From the NCBI GenBank assembly GCA_038245295.1, contig JBBRSP010000029.1:14972-78971 (forward strand): a DNA stretch of 64,000 bases, written 5' to 3'. Position numbers and translations under genes: made by a program. Positions 48,272-59,600 of the stretch are shown piece by piece (position 1 is the first letter of the stretch; the number at the start of each line of letters is the position of its first letter). Source of the DNA: Candidatus Binatia bacterium. GTDB taxonomy: Bacteria > Desulfobacterota > Binatia > HRBIN30. Under the pieces are notes generated by a model that saw only the letters and a list, made by a program, of their open reading frames with translations, searched no databases and was not told where the DNA came from.

Positions 48272-49360
48272 ATGATGAGCTTCTACCGCGTGCACGGAAT
48301 GATGCAGTCCTACTTCACCCGCAAGATGACGGGCTACCTCGACTACAAACAGATCCCGTGGCGTTTCTGTCGCTTCTTCGGCATCAGTCCCGAGGCCAAT
48401 GCCGCCGGCTGGCCGGGCGGCGTACCGCCGATGCAGACCCCGGACGGGACCTGGATGTGGGACACCACGGCGATGATCCTGCACCTCGAAACGCGCCACC
48501 CGGATCCGTCGGTGATACCGTCGGATCCCGTCGCGGCGTTCCTCTCGTACCTCGTCGAAGACTATTCGGACGAGTGGCTATATCGCCCTGCCGTCGGGTC
48601 GCGTTGGCACTTCAGCGAGAACTCAAGCGTCGGCGGCTTCGAGCTGGCGCGCGATATGTCGATGACCGCACCGCTGGCCGCCGATCAGCTGTTCGCCATG
48701 GTGGGTGCCCACGTCAGCGCCAGTTGCCCACCGATCGGTGTTACGGCCGAGACGATTCAGTCGTGGATCGACGAAGTTCTACGCCCATGGATGCGCTGTG
48801 CCGGTGCTTTGTTCCAGGTTCGCCCGTATCTGCTCGGCGCACGGCCCTGTCTTGCCGACTTCGCCATCTTCGGTGGCGCCGCAGCGCACTTCATCAACGA
48901 TCCGTTATGCCGGCGCTGGGCCGACGCGGATGGCCCCGGGTTGGTGCAACACACACATCGCCTTTTCGAGCCCTTCCAGCAGGTCTTTGGTGATTGGGCC
49001 GATGCCGACGATGTTCCTGCGGACCTGATCACTGTGCTCGCCGACATGGGGCGCCTCTATCTGCCGTGGGTCAGCCGCGCCGTGGTCGACGGGCAAGCGA
49101 CGCTGCAGTTTGCCAGTGGGGCGACGGTTGACGTGGCTGCGCCGGCGTTTCTGCGCAACTCGCGGGCGACCCTGCTGGCACGTTATGCGGCGGTACGGTG
49201 CGACGCGCTCGACGCCATCCTCGAGCGCGCCGCCATCCTTCCTTACTTCGCCGACTTCGTCGCCGACGCCGGGACGGTGCCGAGCTACGAGACGCCACCG
49301 CAACCGCGGCTCAATCGACCATTCGCGCCGCCGAACGAGGCAGAGTCGGCGGAGGCCTAG
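48272..49360 (+). CDS. Glutathione S-transferase-like protein
   Basis: SYFTRKM..YLDYK, DTTAMI, EDYSDEWL, YLLGARPCLADFA; GGAGG RBS. Confidence 0.75.
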   Translation: MMSFYRVHGMMQSYFTRKMTGYLDYKQIPWRFCRFFGISPEANAAGWPGGVPPMQTPDGTWMWDTTAMILHLETRHPDPSVIPSDPVAAFLSYLVEDYSDEWLYRPAVGSRWHFSENSSVGGFELARDMSMTAPLAADQLFAMVGAHVSASCPPIGVTAETIQSWIDEVLRPWMRCAGALFQVRPYLLGARPCLADFAIFGGAAAHFINDPLCRRWADADGPGLVQHTHRLFEPFQQVFGDWADADDVPADLITVLADMGRLYLPWVSRAVVDGQATLQFASGATVDVAAPAFLRNSRATLLARYAAVRCDALDAILERAAILPYFADFVADAGTVPSYETPPQPRLNRPFAPPNEAESAEA

Positions 49361-49395
49361 TGCTTTTCCGCACAACTATGCCGACGTACTTGCCC

Positions 49396-49423
49396 CGCTC
49401 GCCCTGAGCCTGTCGGGGGGGGG
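49396..49423. repeat. Degenerate solitary REP of the 43948-44054 family
   Basis: CGCTCGCCCTGAGCCTGTCG running into a G9 tract. Confidence 0.45.
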
Positions 49424-49562
49424 AGCGCTCATGCGGCTGACGCGGCGCCAGCGCAACGATCGTTGCGGCGCCGCAACGGCGGCCGACGTCTGAGCCAACG
49501 CGCGCGGCCTTGCGCTAGCTGGCGCGAAAGGTGGATCATGCATCGGTCGGGAGGATCTGCGG

Positions 49563-51743
49563 ATGGCGACGACGGTTCTGCGTGCGTGTAATCTCTGCGA
49601 GGCCGGCTGTGGTCTGAAGTTCACGGTCGAGGCGAATCGCATCACAAAAGTCGAACCGGACGACAACGATCCGATCTCGCGCGGCTACGTATGCCCCAAA
49701 GGAATGGCAATTGCCGCCATCCACGACGATCCTGATCGCTTGCGTAGGCCGATGCGGCGCAACGCCGATGGGAGTTTTCGCGAGATGCCATGGGACGAGG
49801 CCTTCGCGCTGGTCGGCAGCCGGCTGCGGGCGATTCGCGCTGAGCATGGTGCCGACGCGATTGGCGTCTATTTCGGCAATCCCCTCGTGCATAACTACAG
49901 CGCCATCATGATGGTCGGCGCCATGATCAACTCGATCGGCACGCGCAACCGCACCAGCGCGGCCTCGCAGGACACGGCACCACGGTTCGCCGCCTCCTAC
50001 TATCTCTATGGCAATACCGCGGTCACACCGGTGCCGGATGTCGATCGCACCGACTACTTCCTGTGTATTGGTGGCAACCCCGCCGTGTCGCAGAGTAGTG
50101 CGATGGTGTTGCCAAACATCAAAGGACGTCTGCGGGCGCTTCGAGAACGCGGCGGCACGCTGGTCACGGTCGATCCGCGTTTCACCGAGACATCCAAGCT
50201 TGCCGACGAGCATGTGTTCATCCGGCCCGGGGCCGACGCGGCCTTCCTCCTGTCGCTCGTCGCGGTCCTGGCGCAAACAGGCGCCATCCGCCGCGATGTC
50301 GTCGCAAGGGATTCCATTGGCTGGGCCGCGGTGGAACCGCATCTGGGAAACTTCGCGCCGGAACAAACCGCGCCCTACACGGGTGTTGATGCCGCCACAG
50401 TAAACCGCATCGCGACGCAACTGGCGGCGGCGAAACGGCCGGTGGTCTACACGCGCCTCGGGATCTGCAACAACCGCTACGCCACACTCGCCTCATGGGC
50501 CAACGACGTGGCAAATCTAGTACTCGGTCAACTCGGCGCCGAAGGCGGTGCGATGTTTGCCGAGCCGGCACTCGATGCGGCGCAATTCGTCAAGCTCGGC
50601 GGCATGAACGGTCACGACCGCTGGCGCAGCCGCGTACGTGGCCTACCGGAGACCGGTTGTGATCTGCCGGCGTCGATCCTCGCCGAGGAGATCGAAACGC
50701 CGGGTAAGGGGCAGATTCGCGCCATGGTGACGGTGGCGGGCAATCCTGTTCTGTCGACGCCGAACACGCGGCGTATCGATAAAGCGTTCGAGAAACTGGA
50801 GTTCATGGTTTCGGTCGACCTCTACATCAACGAAACGACGCGCCATGCCGACATCATCCTGCCGCCGAGTTGGGCTCTGGCGGAGGATCACTCGGAACCG
50901 CTGACGCCGGGGTTCTCGCTCTTCGGCAATGTACGCTGGGGTACGCCGGTTGTGCAGGCGTCATCCGACGAACGTACCGACTGGGCGATCCTGCTGCGCC
51001 TGGCGGAGGAGATGGGCGGCGGACCGATGGGGATGAAGTGGCCAGATCGCGCCTGGCGTGTCCTGTCGCGGCTCGGCTTGCGCTACGATCCGCAGCGCAC
51101 GCTGGATATGTTGTTCCGCATCGGCCCACACGGCGATCGGTATGTGCCGGGAGCCAAGGGGTTGAACCTGAAGAAGGTTAAGGGCTCGCCGTACGGTGTG
51201 ACGCTTGGCCGCCCGCGGACTGGCCTGGGGCACCGGGTGCATCACAAAGACGGCAAGGTTCACCTTGTGGCGGCGCCGCTGATGCGGGCTCTCGAGCAGC
51301 TCGAAGCGGAGCTGAAGCGACCGCGGGATACCGGTGAGCTGCTGCTCATCGGCCGGCGCGATCTACGCAGCAACAACTCGTGGATGCATAACGTGCCCGC
51401 CTTGGTTTCAGGGCGTGAACGCTGCGTGCTCTACGTTCACCCGGACGATGCACAGCGTGCCGGGTTGCGCGACAGCGAGCCGGCGATGGTTGAAAGCCGC
51501 GTCCATCGCGGCGACGTGCCGGTGCGCGTAACCGACGAAGTGATGCCTGGTGTCGTCAGCTTGCCTCATGGCTGGGGCCACGCCGCCAGCGCCGGCTGGC
51601 AATCGGTGGCAGGCCAGCATGCGGGAGTGTCGGCCAATGATTTTACCGACGATCAGGACGTCGAGTCCGTGGTGGGTCAGTCGATCCTCAACGGCGTGCC
51701 GGTGCGGCTGTCGCGCGTCAAGCGTGCGGCCAACGCCGCCTAG
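49563..51743 (+). CDS. Molybdopterin-dependent oxidoreductase (DMSO reductase superfamily), no Tat signal
   Basis: CNLCEAGC...CPKG (4Fe-4S), VDPRFTET, AGNPVLS, DLYINET, SNNSWMHN, LPHGWG. Confidence 0.92.
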   Translation: MATTVLRACNLCEAGCGLKFTVEANRITKVEPDDNDPISRGYVCPKGMAIAAIHDDPDRLRRPMRRNADGSFREMPWDEAFALVGSRLRAIRAEHGADAIGVYFGNPLVHNYSAIMMVGAMINSIGTRNRTSAASQDTAPRFAASYYLYGNTAVTPVPDVDRTDYFLCIGGNPAVSQSSAMVLPNIKGRLRALRERGGTLVTVDPRFTETSKLADEHVFIRPGADAAFLLSLVAVLAQTGAIRRDVVARDSIGWAAVEPHLGNFAPEQTAPYTGVDAATVNRIATQLAAAKRPVVYTRLGICNNRYATLASWANDVANLVLGQLGAEGGAMFAEPALDAAQFVKLGGMNGHDRWRSRVRGLPETGCDLPASILAEEIETPGKGQIRAMVTVAGNPVLSTPNTRRIDKAFEKLEFMVSVDLYINETTRHADIILPPSWALAEDHSEPLTPGFSLFGNVRWGTPVVQASSDERTDWAILLRLAEEMGGGPMGMKWPDRAWRVLSRLGLRYDPQRTLDMLFRIGPHGDRYVPGAKGLNLKKVKGSPYGVTLGRPRTGLGHRVHHKDGKVHLVAAPLMRALEQLEAELKRPRDTGELLLIGRRDLRSNNSWMHNVPALVSGRERCVLYVHPDDAQRAGLRDSEPAMVESRVHRGDVPVRVTDEVMPGVVSLPHGWGHAASAGWQSVAGQHAGVSANDFTDDQDVESVVGQSILNGVPVRLSRVKRAANAA

Positions 51744-51752
51744 GCAACGACG

Positions 51753-52904
51753 CTATTCGAGTCGTCGCATCGCGATCAGGGTCGCACCCGTCGCCATGAT
51801 CAGGGCCACGCCGTTGTACATCACCGCATAACCGAGCCATTCGGCGCTGGCGCCGAGCGCCGGGTTGCCGAGCATGTTGCCGAGGTCGAACATCGCCGTA
51901 AACCAACCGAGCGTGCGCCCGCGCTCGAGCGGCCCGACGCGATTGACGACAAGAGCGGTAAGAATCGGATACGCGTAGCCGTGCGCCGCGCCGGCAAGGA
52001 TGCCGGTGGCCAGCCAGGCTATATCGCTGCTGACGTGCGGAATGATTCCAACCGCCAGCGCGAACGCGAGATACGCGCCCAGAAGAACCCTGCCTCGACC
52101 GATCCGCTCGACCCAATGGATCGTCAGCACGCGCACACTCACGGCCGACAACGCATATCCCAGGAAGACACGTCCCACGGCACTATGGCCGCTCACCTGG
52201 GCGAACGGCGCCAGAAAGGTAAAGACGCTGCAGATGGCGATGCCGAAGAGGAACGCCATGGCCAGCAAGAATCGGATCTCGCCCGGCTTGGCGACGATCT
52301 GTGCCGGCGGGGCGGCTCGCTCATGTCGATCCGCCGTCGCATGCAGCTCTGGCAATAGTTGCACCAGAACAAGCGCCGCCGTCGAGAATAGTGCCGCCGT
52401 CAGCAGGAACATCGGGAAGCCGCCGTAGGCAATGATGCGCTCGCCGATCCACGGGCTGAGACCGTTCGGCAACATGCCGCCCGCACTGAACAGGGCGAAT
52501 CCTTGAGCTCGACGCGATATCGGAATGACGTCGCTGGCGTAGGTCGTGTACGACGCAAACAGGGCGCCGGCGGAGGCACCGTTGAGGGCGACGACGGCGA
52601 AGAGCTTCCAATCCAGACTTGTCAGCGGGATGAACAAGGCGAACGACAAGGCCTGCAGAAGCGCTGCCACGGTGAGGACACGTTTGCGGCCAATGGAGTC
52701 GAGCAGCCGTCCAACCGGGATGCGCGACAAGACCGCCGCCGCGCCCCCGATACTGGCGCAGGTGCCGATGGTGATCTCAGTTCCACCTAGCTGCTTGACC
52801 AGCAGCGGGAAGAGGATGAACGAAGCTGCGCCCAGCCCGCCGACGAATTGCGCCAACCAGACTAGGAGAAAGTTGCGCGTGAGGAGCGCCGGGGGATGCG
52901 ACAT
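51753..52904 (-). CDS. MFS transporter
   Basis: GRLLDSIGRKR motif A; 12-TM pattern. Confidence 0.88.
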   Translation of the reverse strand: MSHPPALLTRNFLLVWLAQFVGGLGAASFILFPLLVKQLGGTEITIGTCASIGGAAAVLSRIPVGRLLDSIGRKRVLTVAALLQALSFALFIPLTSLDWKLFAVVALNGASAGALFASYTTYASDVIPISRRAQGFALFSAGGMLPNGLSPWIGERIIAYGGFPMFLLTAALFSTAALVLVQLLPELHATADRHERAAPPAQIVAKPGEIRFLLAMAFLFGIAICSVFTFLAPFAQVSGHSAVGRVFLGYALSAVSVRVLTIHWVERIGRGRVLLGAYLAFALAVGIIPHVSSDIAWLATGILAGAAHGYAYPILTALVVNRVGPLERGRTLGWFTAMFDLGNMLGNPALGASAEWLGYAVMYNGVALIMATGATLIAMRRLE

Positions 52905-52933
52905 GATGGGCTACTCGCAGCGGAGCGCCGCAG

Positions 52934-53770
52934 TCACGCCGCCGCCGGAGCCAGGAGCTCCAAGGCTTGCGCGTGCAGCCGCCGATCACCAGCCACCAGG
53001 ATCTGGCCACCGTTGCCGGCATCACCGCCGCTCCACGTGGTAACCACACCTCCCGCGGCTTCTATGATGGGGATCAGAGCCTGGATATCGTAGGGCTGCA
53101 GGCCCGATTCGATAACCAGGTCGATTTGCCCGAGGGCAAGCAGCGCATAGGCGTAACAGTCGCCTCCGTAGCGGCGCAGCTGCACGCGGTCGGCGATCGA
53201 AAAGAAGGCATCGCGCTCAGCGCCTTTGAAGAGGTCAGGCGTCGTACACTGTAAGCGCGCCTGGCCGAGCTCGGCGCAAGGACGCACGCGCAGCGCACCA
53301 CTGCCGGTAGGGGCGCGTAGCTCGGCGCCGCGGCTAGAGCCGCTGAAGCGCTCACGCGTGAACGGCTGATCCATGATGCCGAGAATCGGCTTCTGCCCGT
53401 CGTGCAGGGCAATTAGGGTACCCCACAAAGGACTACCCGTGATGAAGGCACGTGTGCCATCGATCGGATCGATCACCCACGTGAGGCCCGACGTCCCGAC
53501 CTCGTATCCGTGCTCTTCGCCATAGATCCCGTGCTCCGGATAACGGGCGTTGATCAGCGCGCGGATCGCTTCCTCGGCACCCTGGTCGGCGATGGTTACC
53601 GGGTCGTAGGCGTGCAGCCCGGCCTTGTTGTCGACGGCGAGCACAGAGCGGAAATGCGGCATGGTGACCTTGGCTGCTGCGTCGGCCAGCTCATCGACGA
53701 AGCGCAGCAGATCGCTGAGCTCGTTTGGCGATACTTCAACAGGCGGGTGCGATGGCATCGGGGCGGGCAT
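52934..53770 (-). CDS. hisN: Histidinol-phosphatase, inositol monophosphatase family
   Basis: DPVTIAD, GEE, WVIDPIDGTRAFITG, YGGDCYAY, LQPYDIQAL. Confidence 0.88.
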   Translation of the reverse strand: MPAPMPSHPPVEVSPNELSDLLRFVDELADAAAKVTMPHFRSVLAVDNKAGLHAYDPVTIADQGAEEAIRALINARYPEHGIYGEEHGYEVGTSGLTWVIDPIDGTRAFITGSPLWGTLIALHDGQKPILGIMDQPFTRERFSGSSRGAELRAPTGSGALRVRPCAELGQARLQCTTPDLFKGAERDAFFSIADRVQLRRYGGDCYAYALLALGQIDLVIESGLQPYDIQALIPIIEAAGGVVTTWSGGDAGNGGQILVAGDRRLHAQALELLAPAAA

Positions 53771-53813
53771 GGGAAGCTCCTTGGCCTAAAGGTTCACGGG
53801 GAGACGAGCGTAG

Positions 53814-55394
53814 TCACGGATGCGCATTCAAGCGCGTGAACATCTTGCGGTTGCGTTTGTAGAGCTGAACGAACTCGCCGAACAACTCATCATAGATCGC
53901 GCGGTTGGCGGCGTTCGGCGTGAAAATGGCGTCGACCTCTACCTTCGCCGGAATCTCGTCGATGCGCAGCCGGCCGAGCGCTGCCAGAGCGAGGAACGCC
54001 GCGCCACGCGCATTGGCGAAGCGTGGTTGCCGCAATTGGCGGATCGGCCGGTCGAGGACGTCGGCCATGATCTGACACCACAGAGCTGATGTCGCGCCGC
54101 CGCCGATGAAGTTGATCGCTTCGAAGCGCCGACCCGCGAAACGCTCGACGGCACGATGCATCCAGCGGGTGTTGAGGGCGACTCCTTCGAGAACGGCGCG
54201 GACCATCTGGGCGCGCGTCGTTGCCATCGAAATGTTGACGAAGCCGCCACGCAGGTGATGATCTTCGACCGGCGTGCGCTCACCGTTCAGCCACGGCAGG
54301 AACATCAGCTTGCCGCTACCCGGCGGGACAGTGGCGGCGGCCGTGTTGAGTCGCTCGAAGAAATCGTCGGGAGCCGGCCCGGTCGACAGCGCGTCAGCGG
54401 CGAATAACCAGTTGTCACGCAGAAAGGTTAGACAGCCGCCCGCCAACTCCTGCTCGCAAGCGATGATGTATTTCCCCGGAATGCCCGACGGCAACGTCGT
54501 CATGTTGTTGAGGATGTCGGTTTTCTTGAACGGTAGATGGCACGTCACCCATGAGGAGGTGCCGACGTACATATGAGCTTCGAAATCCCGCACGGCGCCG
54601 GAGCCGACCGCCGCCGACTCGTTGTCGGGTGTCCCGGTGACGACTTGCACATCGTCGCGCAAGCCGAACTCGCGTGCCACCTCGGGACGAATGGTGCCGA
54701 CAATCGAACCCGTGGGCAGCAGGTCGGGCAATTTGTCGCGCGTGATTCCGGCCAGCGCAATCAATTCGTCGGAGTAACGAACGTTCAGGAGGTCGCGCGT
54801 GTCGGTGAGCCAGTGACCGGTGATGGTGTCGAACGACGCGTGGCAGCGCCCGGTCAGGCGGAAATTCAGGTAGTCCATCGGCTCGACGAATTTGTACGCC
54901 GCTTGATACACGTCCGGCCGTTCGTTTTTCAAAAAAAGAATGTGGCCGAGTGAATCCTTGCCTGTGTGGGAGGGAATGCCACCCGTCAGACGGAGCCACT
55001 TACGCAGTTTGTTGACGCCATACCCGGCGATGCGGATCGGTCCATGGGTAACCCGAGCCGAGTGGCGGCCGCCGCGCGTGTCGAGCCAGATGACCGCGTT
55101 GCTGATGTGCCGCCCGTCGGCACCGACGGGTACGGTGCCCATCCATTGTGTCGTGCAGCTAACGGCGATGACATGATCGCGCGCCTGCGGATATTTGCCC
55201 AGCAAACGCAATGCGGCGGTTCGAATCGCGGTCCACCATGTTTCGGGGTCTTGTTCGACGCCGCCACCCGGGCACAAGATGATGTCGTTGCGCTCCACTT
55301 CGCAGCCGACCACCGTGCCGGCGGTGTTGACGAGAGCGACCTTGGGGCCGCCAGTACCCAGATCGATGGCAAGGATGTACTCAGTCGAAGTCAT
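53814..55394 (-). CDS. FGGY-family carbohydrate kinase (xylulokinase-like)
   Basis: AIDLGTG, EQDP, WLDTR, GTSSW, LNGERTP, LEGVA, GGGA. Confidence 0.9.
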   Translation of the reverse strand: MTSTEYILAIDLGTGGPKVALVNTAGTVVGCEVERNDIILCPGGGVEQDPETWWTAIRTAALRLLGKYPQARDHVIAVSCTTQWMGTVPVGADGRHISNAVIWLDTRGGRHSARVTHGPIRIAGYGVNKLRKWLRLTGGIPSHTGKDSLGHILFLKNERPDVYQAAYKFVEPMDYLNFRLTGRCHASFDTITGHWLTDTRDLLNVRYSDELIALAGITRDKLPDLLPTGSIVGTIRPEVAREFGLRDDVQVVTGTPDNESAAVGSGAVRDFEAHMYVGTSSWVTCHLPFKKTDILNNMTTLPSGIPGKYIIACEQELAGGCLTFLRDNWLFAADALSTGPAPDDFFERLNTAAATVPPGSGKLMFLPWLNGERTPVEDHHLRGGFVNISMATTRAQMVRAVLEGVALNTRWMHRAVERFAGRRFEAINFIGGGATSALWCQIMADVLDRPIRQLRQPRFANARGAAFLALAALGRLRIDEIPAKVEVDAIFTPNAANRAIYDELFGEFVQLYKRNRKMFTRLNAHP

Positions 55395-55411
55395 AACGCG
55401 CAGGCAATTAG

Positions 55412-56656
55412 CTATTCCGCGTCCGGATGTCCCAGGGCCAGTTTGGCCAAGCGTTTAACCTTGGGATCGCCGTGCGAGGCGGCCACGAGCCGCAATACCG
55501 CGGCACCGGCCTGGCCTAGCTGGTTCAGAGCCAGCACCGTGGCTGCCGCTTCGTCTCCAGACGCCAACACGATACGTTTCTGCAAAGGTTCGACGGCGGG
55601 CTGCCCCTGGCGTGCGAGAGCCATGGCCGCACTTCGTCGCACGTCGGCGTTGCTGTCGTGCAGGAGCGGCATAAGGTCGCCGATGGCGTGGTCTTCCTGC
55701 AGACTCAGCGGCTTGATCGCGGCGTTTCGTACGGTTGCATCCGGGTCGCTGATCGCCAACTCGCGGCAGCGGTCCAGGGTCGCCGCCGAACCCACCATCC
55801 CCAGCGCCGCCGCGCGCACCGTGGCCAGCGGGCTGTGCAGCAAAGTCAGCAGTCGCTCGTCGGTCATCTTGTAGTCGAGGCGCGCCAACGTCCCCAAGGC
55901 GTCGGCCTGCAACGCGGGAACGGTCGTCAATGCTTCCACAACATCCGAGAATTGGATCAGGCGCTGCCGAGCGATCAGATTGAGTAGTCCGCGGCGCAGA
56001 TCGAGGGGGCGCTGCGTGTCGCTCAGTAGCGCCGACAACGCTGCTGCTGCCTCGCGGCTCAGAGCAAAGGTCGGCGTATCGGTCATCATAGCGATTGCGG
56101 CGTTGGCGTAGACCGGCGGCGCATCGCGCACGAGCTCGATCAGCACCTCGGTTCCACGCGCCCCGTCGCACTCGGGCGGCTGCAGAGCCGCGTACGGGGT
56201 GAGGGAGCGCAACGCGTGCTCGTCCGGCGCGTAGATGTAGGCGTCGCCCTTGCCGGCGATCACCCAGGGTGCCGGCTGTTGGTTGGCGAAGCGGGTTTGC
56301 CACAGCGAGCCCGAAGGCAGCGGTTCGAGAGCAACGACAATCTGCTCGGCCTCGCGAAAGCGTGGTGGCCGGTCCGGCGACAGCTCCTCCCAGGCGATGG
56401 CAACCCGTTTGCCCGTGGCCGCATTGCCGCGCAGCACCCGATCAACCAGAAGCTGGCCTGTGCGGCCGTGCTGATCGAGCGCGGTGGGCGCTTGGATGCG
56501 ACCGAACACGATGAGGGAGCTGCTCGGTACGGCGCGTAGGAAGGTGGCCACATTGAAGGGTGGAGTGGTCGGCGGCACAAGCCGCGATTCGCAAGCAAAC
56601 CCCACCACAGCGAGCGAGAGCAGCAGGAAACGACGCGGCGAGCCGTTACGGCACAT
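55412..56656 (-). CDS. HEAT-repeat putative lipoprotein
   Basis: Lipobox-like GFAC; C-terminal DPDATVRNAAI / DSNADVRRSAA / DPKVKRLA repeats. Confidence 0.75.
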   Translation of the reverse strand: MCRNGSPRRFLLLSLAVVGFACESRLVPPTTPPFNVATFLRAVPSSSLIVFGRIQAPTALDQHGRTGQLLVDRVLRGNAATGKRVAIAWEELSPDRPPRFREAEQIVVALEPLPSGSLWQTRFANQQPAPWVIAGKGDAYIYAPDEHALRSLTPYAALQPPECDGARGTEVLIELVRDAPPVYANAAIAMMTDTPTFALSREAAAALSALLSDTQRPLDLRRGLLNLIARQRLIQFSDVVEALTTVPALQADALGTLARLDYKMTDERLLTLLHSPLATVRAAALGMVGSAATLDRCRELAISDPDATVRNAAIKPLSLQEDHAIGDLMPLLHDSNADVRRSAAMALARQGQPAVEPLQKRIVLASGDEAAATVLALNQLGQAGAAVLRLVAASHGDPKVKRLAKLALGHPDAE

Positions 56657-59600
56657 GACTGTTCACTGCTTGAAAGCCGGGCTCACCGTCGACATCCGCA
56701 AACAGGGCGTTGGTGACGGCGAGACTGTTCACGGCGTTCTCGTCGAGGTTGCCGTCCAGCAGGTCCTCGAGGGTCTTGTTCAAATCGCGGTTGAGATCCG
56801 ATGGTACGATGGGCCACATCGAGTGCGACGCCGGTTGCAGACCGCGTGTGAGGACGACAAACCAGGTGTCCTTTGTCAGGTCGGTGAAGTGCACGACGGT
56901 ATGTGCCTCGAGACGTTGCGCACCGGGAACACTGGGGTCGACGTTGACGGTGTCGACGGTGAAATCCGCATCGCGGCGCAGCACGCGCGTCGGGAAGGCG
57001 GCAAAGAGAACGGGAACCGTGTCGGTGGTCTTCGTCTGCACGGTGGCCGCGTTGGCATAGATCTCGATCTGATCGAACTCACCCCACAGTGGCGCCTGCA
57101 CACGAATGTCGACGTCAACGCTGCCGTTGGTGGTGCGCATGAGTGTCGCACCCTGGCGGCTGAAGTCGGCTGTGGAGGCCTGCCCATCGCCCGAAACCAG
57201 GCGAGCCTGGATGTAGGCACCTTGGCCAAACACGGCCTTCCCGGCGCCGATGGCCTGGGCCACTTCGGCCGAATCGATCTGGGCCGGATCGTCGGTCGAC
57301 GCCGCCGTCCACGTCCGCACGCCGGCCGCATCGAGGGCACGGAACATGTGCGAGTCGGTGCCGGCGACGGCGGTGGAAAACAATCCCTGGTTCAGCAGAT
57401 TGATCCAAATGCCGAAGCGCGAGAAGAGAAAGTTGGCCTGGGCGCCACGCGTCGCGCCGTTCCACAACTCCATGGCGGCAAACGCGTGAAACAGCTCGCC
57501 GCCGGCGGGGTCGAGCCGATACGCCTGGCGCCGCTCCAGAGAGAGATGCGACTGTGGTGGAACTTGCGCGCTGTTGATCAGCAGCGGCGCAAAGTAGGTG
57601 TCGATGTGGTTCACCTGAACAACCGGCGGGACGTCGCTACCGCTATCGGCTTGCTGCGCCGCCGCGGCGATCTGGGTCGGATCAAGACAGTAGGCGCCCT
57701 CACTAGCGAAGTCGTCCCCCGGCGGTGCGGCGCCCGCCCAGTCGATCGAACCACCCGATGGGCGCGTCGAATCAACCACCACCGGGTAGACGCTGAAGTG
57801 GCCGTAGTCCCACGTCGTGATCTCTTCGCCAATCGTGGCGTGGAGATACGGCGACAATCCAAGAGCGGCGATGTGCGGACTCAGATCGGCGCGGGAGTTG
57901 TGATCGGTCAGAACGATGTTGTCGACGCCTTCTCCGGCAAACTGTAGGGCACGGTCGTCATCGTTGACCCGCGAGTCGACACTGCGGATGCCATGGACAT
58001 GGAGGTCGGAAGAAACAAACCCGGTGGTGTCGAGGACCCGGACGATGGTGGCGTTGACCTGCGCTGTGGCATCGGGGTCGACAGTAAGCGGCGCGTCATA
58101 CGCCGAGTATTCGGGGCCGCGCGAAACGTAGACATGGTAGGTGCCGGGTTCGAGGGGGAACTCTACCTCGCCGTCGACGCCGGTGTAGTCGACCCAGGTA
58201 ACACCGAACGGCAGCGGGTCGGCGGTAACGTCACTGAAGATGCCGGTGAAGTCGTCGTTCAAAAGAACGGTTGTCTTGACGAGCGGTTCAACGCTGGGGT
58301 CGAAGCCAATGACGGTGACCCGCGCCGGCACCGTATGGTCACCACCGTCGCGTCGCTCTTTTGTCTGCACGTGTACGCGGCCGGTAGGCGGGAATACGAT
58401 GTCCTGCCGTGTCGTCTCTCCGGCGGTGATGGTGAAGTCGTGTGTTTGCGGGAGAACGCCCGAACCCTCGAACAGCGAACCACGCACGCCGGCGGCGACG
58501 CGATACGCCCCTTCACGCAGCGAGCCGCTGAAGCATCCGCTTTGGTCGACCGAATAGTTGGCGACCAGGCCGCGTTGAAAGACGCTGACGCGAGTGCCGA
58601 GTGCCGGTCGACCCGATTGAGTGACGCATCCTTGCAGGGTGCCGGTGGTGTAGCCGCGAACTTCGTTCTCAATGGCGACGGCATTGCCGCCGTTGCCATC
58701 ACCGACGCCGAAGTAACGTGTGAACGAATTCTGCCCGCTGGCGGGAACGACGAACACGGGGGCACCGCCGAGGATGGCTTGCTGAATGGATTGGGCGAAT
58801 AGGAGGTAGGTCACGCCGAGAGTGGTGAGATATCCTGAACGCAGCGTAGGGGCTTCCGGGTTTGGAACAGGAACGAGCGAGTAGTCGACACCACTTGCTT
58901 CGCCGACGCCGATATAACTCAGGGTATCCACCGTCCCAGCGAGCGCCTCTCCAATGCCGGCCGTCGACTTGGCCCACGTATCAATCTCGCCGGAAGCGTT
59001 GATGTAGTCGCCGACGAACAGGGGCAGGTCGGCTGTTTGGTGGTTGTAGACCGTGGTTTCCATCTTCAGAAACGACTTGAGTGGCGGCAGCGTGTATCGT
59101 GTGCACCCGTCGATGTCGTAGTTCTTGTCGTTGGCGTTTGCGGGGAAACCGATTCCCTCGCGTTCGATTGTCGTCGACGGGTTGATGAAATCCAAAACGT
59201 CATCCGGGCCGCAGGTCCGAATCACCGCCGCGAGGCCGTCTTGGCCGTCGTTGACGATCTCGACCGTCTGGGCGTTGATGACCGTCTCGATGTTCAAGGC
59301 CGGCTGGATCTCGAGAAAGTTGTCGAGCCCTGGATGCCCGACCAACTCGGCATCGATGATGTTGCCGCCGTAGGTGCCGACGCTGTAGAGGTCGCGCTTC
59401 CCCACATCCTGGATGACAAAACGAGCCGTCCCATTGGCGAGCAGGTAGTCGCCGATGCGGCTGTGCGCCAACGGCCCGTGAATCAGATCCGCGTCCTCGT
59501 TGATGCGTCGTGCCAGGGCCTTCGGGGGTCCGTAGGTAAACTCCTTTTGCGCCGACACGGCTCGGCCGCCGAAACTTGCGTGCACGATCAGTGTGTTGGT

